From an uncultured Candidatus Actinomarina sp. (lineage in GTDB: Bacteria > Actinomycetota > Acidimicrobiia > Actinomarinales > Actinomarinaceae): DNA of 64,000 nucleotides. The stretch covers positions 265,534 to 329,533 of the forward strand of contig CACNFT010000001.1 of NCBI GenBank assembly GCA_902619825.1, written 5' to 3'. The notes under the pieces were generated by a model. The model was not told where the DNA came from, made no database searches, and saw only the letters and a program-made list of their open reading frames with translations. This document shows, in pieces, positions 59,292-64,000 of this stretch. Made by a program: the position numbers and the translations under genes. Every line of letters begins with the position of its first letter. The first letter of the stretch is position 1.

Positions 59292-60689
59292 ATGGGAAAA
59301 ACTTTATTTGATAAAATCTGGGATAATCACCTAGTTACATCTCTTGATGAGAGTACAAATTTAATATTTATTGATTTGCATCTTGTCCATGAAGTCACGT
59401 CACCTCAGGCTTTTGATAGTCTCCGAATTTCTAATCGAAAAGTAAAATATCCTGAATTGACTTTAGCAACAGTTGATCATGGTGTCCCAACATCCAACAG
59501 ACTATTGGGAATAAAAGATCCTCTTTCAAAAGTTCAAATTGAAGCACTGGAAAAAAATTGCGAGGAATTTGGAGTCACTCTTTTTGGAATTAATGATCCC
59601 CGTCAAGGAATCGTTCACGTTATAGGACCTGAACAAGGGATTACTCAACCTGGAATGACTATTGTGTGTGGAGATAGCCATACAGCAACACATGGTGCAT
59701 TCGGAGCCCTAGCATTTGGAATTGGCACTTCAGAGGTTGAACATGTTCTAGCTACTCAGACTTTAGCAATGGAAAAGCCAAAAACAATGAAAGTTGAAGT
59801 TATTGGAAACGTATCAGATGGAGTTGGCCCTAAAGATATTATTTTAGGCATCATCAGAAAAATTGGAACTGGAGGAGGAGCCGGTCATGTTATTGAATAT
59901 GTGGGTGATGTTATAAAAAACATGAGTATGGAGAATAGAATGACAATTTGTAATATGTCAATCGAGGGTGGAGCAAGAGCAGGAATGATTGCTCCAGATG
60001 AAACTACTTTCAATTATTTAAAAGATAAAAATTATGCTCCTAAAGACTCTGATTGGAATGATGCAATAAATGAGTGGGATGAACTTTTTTCTGATGATGA
60101 TGCTACTTTTGATAAAGTTGTAACAATAAATGCTGGTGAGCTTGAACCATCAGTATCTTGGGGTACAAATCCATCACAAGTTATATTTATTAATGACAAA
60201 ATTCCTCATCCTGATAATTTTCAAGATGAATCAGATAAAGAAGCAGCAATTAGAGCTTTAGAATACATGGATTTAGAGCCTGGAATAAAAATTAATGAAA
60301 TCAATTTAGATAGAGTTTTTATAGGCAGTTGTACCAATGGTCGTATTGAAGATTTAAGAGAGGCGGCCCAGGTAGTTAAGGGCAAAAAAGTTGCAAAAAC
60401 TGTCGGTGCTATGGTTGTTCCTGGATCAACACTTGTAAAGAATCAGGCTGAAGAGGAAGGATTAGACAAAATTTTTATTGATGCAGGCTTTGATTGGAGA
60501 GAAGCAGGTTGTTCAATGTGTCTGGGTATGAATCCGGATATATTAAGTCCAGGTGAACGCTGTGCTTCTACTTCAAATAGGAACTATGAAGGAAGACAAG
60601 GAGCTGGGGGAAGAACACATTTAGTAAGTCCAAAAATGGCTGCAGCTGCTGCAATCCATGGAAAATTTGTAGACATAAGGGATTTATAA
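59292..60689 (+). CDS. leuC: 3-isopropylmalate dehydratase large subunit
   Basis: [43 protein letters not shown]. Confidence 0.97.
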   Translation: MGKTLFDKIWDNHLVTSLDESTNLIFIDLHLVHEVTSPQAFDSLRISNRKVKYPELTLATVDHGVPTSNRLLGIKDPLSKVQIEALEKNCEEFGVTLFGINDPRQGIVHVIGPEQGITQPGMTIVCGDSHTATHGAFGALAFGIGTSEVEHVLATQTLAMEKPKTMKVEVIGNVSDGVGPKDIILGIIRKIGTGGGAGHVIEYVGDVIKNMSMENRMTICNMSIEGGARAGMIAPDETTFNYLKDKNYAPKDSDWNDAINEWDELFSDDDATFDKVVTINAGELEPSVSWGTNPSQVIFINDKIPHPDNFQDESDKEAAIRALEYMDLEPGIKINEINLDRVFIGSCTNGRIEDLREAAQVVKGKKVAKTVGAMVVPGSTLVKNQAEEEGLDKIFIDAGFDWREAGCSMCLGMNPDILSPGERCASTSNRNYEGRQGAGGRTHLVSPKMAAAAAIHGKFVDIRDL

Positions 60690-60690
60690 A

Positions 60691-61278
60691 ATGAAAAAAC
60701 TTAATCTAATAAATTCAACAATGCTTCCTTTAAAAATGTCAAATGTTGATACTGATCAAATCATGCCGAAGCAATTTCTTAAACGCGTGGAGAGATCTGG
60801 TTATGGTGAATTTTTGTTTTATGACTGGAAAAAAGATCCAGATTTTTCATTAAATAAAAAAGAACATCAAGGAGCAAAAGTTTTAATTGCGGGTGATAAT
60901 TTTGGAACTGGTTCTTCTCGAGAACACGCCCCTTGGGGACTCCAAGATTGGGGGTTTGATGCCATTATTTCAACAAAATTTGCAGATATATTCAAATTAA
61001 ATTCTATAAATATTGGCCTTGTGCCAATTGAAACATCTTCAGAAAATGTTGAGGCTCTTTTTAACAAGATTGAAAATAATCCGAATACAAACATATATAT
61101 CTCTATTGAGGAAAAGTCTGTTAAATGTGAAGAGATTGAGTTTACGTTTGATCTTGATGGCTTTTCTCAAAATAGAATTTTAGAAGGACTTGATAAAATC
61201 GATATTACTCTCGAATATATAAATGATATTGAGAACTTTAGTAAATCAAGAAAAGATTGGAAGCCTAAACTAACTTAG
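60691..61278 (+). CDS. leuD: 3-isopropylmalate dehydratase small subunit
   Basis: NVDTDQIMP, NFGTGSSREHAPW, FADIF. Confidence 0.96.
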   Translation: MKKLNLINSTMLPLKMSNVDTDQIMPKQFLKRVERSGYGEFLFYDWKKDPDFSLNKKEHQGAKVLIAGDNFGTGSSREHAPWGLQDWGFDAIISTKFADIFKLNSINIGLVPIETSSENVEALFNKIENNPNTNIYISIEEKSVKCEEIEFTFDLDGFSQNRILEGLDKIDITLEYINDIENFSKSRKDWKPKLT

Positions 61279-62368
61279 TTACTGGCAAACTTAAACTATC
61301 TCCAACCTCAACAGATAACAACATTCCATTGTGTATCTGCAATGAAGGTCTTAAATTTGGATTACTTTTATATTTTTCAAACCAATCCTCTGTAAGTAAA
61401 TCATCTATATAATTTTGCAAGATTGTAGAAAGTTCTATTGAGGATGTTTTTGGAACTGCCCCTGGCAAGTTTGCAATTGCTGAAACTATTACCCCATTTC
61501 TTATTTCAAATGGTTCACTATGTGTATTTGGTTTTACATTTTCTACACACCCTCCTTGATCAATTGCAACATCAATGATGACGGTGCCTTTTTCCATTTG
61601 ATCAATATCTTCTTCCATAATTACAATAGGCGGCTTTCTTCCTGGCAATAGTACAGCTCCCAAAACAAGATCTGCAGATCTAACTGCCATTTTTGCCTCT
61701 TCACTCCCACCAATTATTGTTGTTATTTTATCTTCGTATTTATTTTTTAGTTCTGTCAAAGTTTCCTTATTTAAATCAATTGCAACGACAGAGGCTCCAA
61801 TTTGAATCGCTTTATCAATTGATGCTTTACCTACTTCACCACAACCAATAACAACTACCTTTGAATTGCTTTCATCTGAAATTGAAGATAATAACAGCCC
61901 TTTACCTTGTGAAGAATATTCTAAGAATTGCATTCCTTTTTGAATTGCTAGATTTCCAGCTATTTTGGACATAGGTATCAATAAAGGGTACTTATTTCCA
62001 TCCATGATCATTTCAGTAGCAATAGCCGTTAACTTTTTTTCTAAGAGCTTTTTTGTCATTGACAAATTTGATGCTAAATGTAAATATCCAAATAAAACAT
62101 GAGATTGTTTTAAGAGATCAAATTCTTGTTCTTGTGGTTCTTTCACTTTGCAAATAATTTCTGAAGATTCATATAATTCTTGAGCTGAGAATAGTATTTT
62201 TGCACCCGCAGATTCGTAATCTTTATCTGAAAACCCAGAGCCTTGACCAGCACCTGATTCAACAAATATATCAGCAAGGCCAGTAAATTGTGTTATGTGC
62301 TCAGGTATTAACGCTACCCTTCCCTCATCTTGTTTTATTTCTTTGGGTATACCAAGTTTTTTAATCAT
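61265..62368 (-). CDS. ald: Alanine dehydrogenase
   Basis: GIPKEIK..E.RVAL.P, KVKEP, YLHLA, PLL.PMS.IAG, DVAIDQGGC, NLPGAVP. Confidence 0.9.
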   Translation of the reverse strand: MIKKLGIPKEIKQDEGRVALIPEHITQFTGLADIFVESGAGQGSGFSDKDYESAGAKILFSAQELYESSEIICKVKEPQEQEFDLLKQSHVLFGYLHLASNLSMTKKLLEKKLTAIATEMIMDGNKYPLLIPMSKIAGNLAIQKGMQFLEYSSQGKGLLLSSISDESNSKVVVIGCGEVGKASIDKAIQIGASVVAIDLNKETLTELKNKYEDKITTIIGGSEEAKMAVRSADLVLGAVLLPGRKPPIVIMEEDIDQMEKGTVIIDVAIDQGGCVENVKPNTHSEPFEIRNGVIVSAIANLPGAVPKTSSIELSTILQNYIDDLLTEDWFEKYKSNPNLRPSLQIHNGMLLSVEVGDSLSLPVTKLV

Positions 62369-62510
62369 CCGATGTAATCAAATTCTTTTGAGGGAATAAT
62401 TGATATTTTTGATGGCAGAAAGCCGTTTCCTAAAAATAGAAAAATCCAATCAGTCCTCCCCTATGATTTATTTTGTTGTTACTAATAATGGTAAACTATG
62501 TTTTGAAATC

Positions 62511-64000
62511 ATGAAGGATAATTTTTTTGTTATATTAGGAAATCAATTATTTGATCCAAAATATCTAAAAGACCAAGGCTGTAATGAAGTTTTTATGGCT
62601 GAAGATTATGGTCTATGCACATATGTTAATCATCATAAATTAAAAATTTACCTGTTCTTAACTGCAATGAGGGAATATCGAGATGAACTAAATAAAAAAG
62701 AAATAAAAGTAAATTATTTTGATCTTGAAAGTAGAAAGGACAAAAAAGACTACTTCGACTTACTGATTAGTTTTTTGAAAAAAAGAAAAATTGATAAAAT
62801 CCAAATTTTTGAACTGGAAGACAAGCCTTTTGAGAAGAAGTTCCTAAAAAGAATGATTGAAAATTCAATTGATGTGGTAGTAATTAAATCCCCAATGTTT
62901 ATTTTTGAAAGAGAAAAGTTTAATGAGATGGCAAAAGGAAAAAAAGTTTACAGAATGGCATCTTTTTACCAAAAAGCGAGAAGGGACTTAAATATTCTGA
63001 TGGATAAAAATGATCAACCAGTTGGAGATAAATGGTCATTTGATGAAGAAAACCGAAAAAAGATTCCAAAAGATACATTAATACCCTCATTACCAAGTTT
63101 TAAAGACTCTATACATAAAGACGACGTAATTAAAGTAATCAGTAAATATTTTCATAATCATCCTGGAGAATTAACAAACTTATGGTTTCCAGTATGTAGA
63201 AAAGATGCAAAAAAACAACTTGATGAATTCATAAAAAATCGTTTTTTAAATTTTGGAATTTACGAGGATGCAATGTTGGAAGGTGAAAATTTTCTTTTTC
63301 ATAGCTGTATAAGCTCACTTCTAAATATTGGCCTTTTGACACCTTCTTATGTTATTGAGAGATCAATCAAACTTGCAGATAAATATAATGTTCCAATAAA
63401 TTCTCTCGAAGGGTTTATAAGACAAATAATAGGATGGAGAGAATTTATTAGAGGGATTTATCAAGAAGAAGGCGAATATCAAATCAAGCAGAACTATTGG
63501 AACCATAAGAATAAATTAACTGACGCCTGGTATGAAGGTGAAACTGGAATTATTCCTTTAGATGATGCAATTAAAACGACAATAAGGGATGGTTATGTCC
63601 ATCATATTCCACGCTTGATGGTGATAAGTAATATTATGAATCTTTGTGAAATACATCCTGATGAAATATACAAATGGTTTATGGAGATGTATATTGATTC
63701 TTCAGATTGGGTAATGGTTCCCAATGTTTATGGCATGGCAACTTATGCAGATGGTGGTTTGATGTCAACAAAGCCATATACCTGTGGATCAAACTACATA
63801 CTAAAAATGAGTAATTATAAAAAAGGTGATTGGTGTGATACCTTAGATGGACTGTACTGGAGATTTACAGAAAAGAACAGGGATTTTTACGAATCAAATC
63901 CTAGACTTTCATTGCTTACTAGGTCTTTAGATAAGATGGACCCTCAAAGAAAGAAGAAGATCTTTGGAGATGCAGAAAAATTTATTAAGTCTCATACAAA
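62511..64000 (+). CDS. Prokaryotic (6-4) photolyase / cryptochrome-photolyase family (PhrB-like), 3' end off the window
   Basis: Not in the ORF track. Manual translation from ATG 62511: ILGNQLF, HHKLK, WSFDEENRK, FG.YEDAM, EGFIRQIIGWREF, HHIPRLM, WVMVPNV, KPY..GSNYI.KMS. Confidence 0.93.
   Translation, partial: MKDNFFVILGNQLFDPKYLKDQGCNEVFMAEDYGLCTYVNHHKLKIYLFLTAMREYRDELNKKEIKVNYFDLESRKDKKDYFDLLISFLKKRKIDKIQIFELEDKPFEKKFLKRMIENSIDVVVIKSPMFIFEREKFNEMAKGKKVYRMASFYQKARRDLNILMDKNDQPVGDKWSFDEENRKKIPKDTLIPSLPSFKDSIHKDDVIKVISKYFHNHPGELTNLWFPVCRKDAKKQLDEFIKNRFLNFGIYEDAMLEGENFLFHSCISSLLNIGLLTPSYVIERSIKLADKYNVPINSLEGFIRQIIGWREFIRGIYQEEGEYQIKQNYWNHKNKLTDAWYEGETGIIPLDDAIKTTIRDGYVHHIPRLMVISNIMNLCEIHPDEIYKWFMEMYIDSSDWVMVPNVYGMATYADGGLMSTKPYTCGSNYILKMSNYKKGDWCDTLDGLYWRFTEKNRDFYESNPRLSLLTRSLDKMDPQRKKKIFGDAEKFIKSHT

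Noticed and set aside
62378..62380. In-frame TGA as selenocysteine or readthrough extending Ald
   Set aside because: Ald homology begins at the downstream ATG and I see no SECIS-like hairpin; treated as a uORF stop.
62400..62455. Hammerhead-like words (CTGATTGGA...GAAAC...ATC) in the ald leader
   Set aside because: The core deviates from CUGANGA, stem III has a C-A mismatch and there is no convincing stem I.
1..64000. CRISPR arrays, prophage, IS elements, defence systems, rRNA
   Set aside because: No regularly spaced repeats and no transposase, integrase, phage, nuclease or methylase genes; nearly all sequence is accounted for by housekeeping CDS.

Overview
An AT-rich (roughly 30-35% GC by eye), very gene-dense bacterial core-genome segment. 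Gene content and order are actinobacterial: nuo operon with rex, carD-ispF-cysS-rlmB, clpC-lysS-coaX-panC-fol-ftsH-hpt-tilS, holB-tmk-topA, pimB-like and hppA. Spacers are mostly under about 30 bp and many genes overlap. Together with a Na+-type pyrophosphatase and a (6-4) photolyase, this fits a streamlined marine Acidimicrobiia such as Ca. Actinomarina (inference). The window holds nuoA-M (nuoM partial), two ABC importers, two tRNA-Thr genes and about 60 CDS. I saw no CRISPR array, prophage, integrase or transposase. No clearly new multi-gene system is evident. The best leads are: (1) a folate operon with a FolE lacking triphosphate-binding arginines and a CX5R-less phosphatase-fold gene between folP and folB; (2) a perfect Rex operator at nuoA; (3) TopA with a CCHC-like ribbon and two Rho-N/HeH-like C-terminal repeats; (4) loss of Fe-S ligands in both NuoG (N7) and the photolyase; (5) an in-frame uORF or structured leader before ald.
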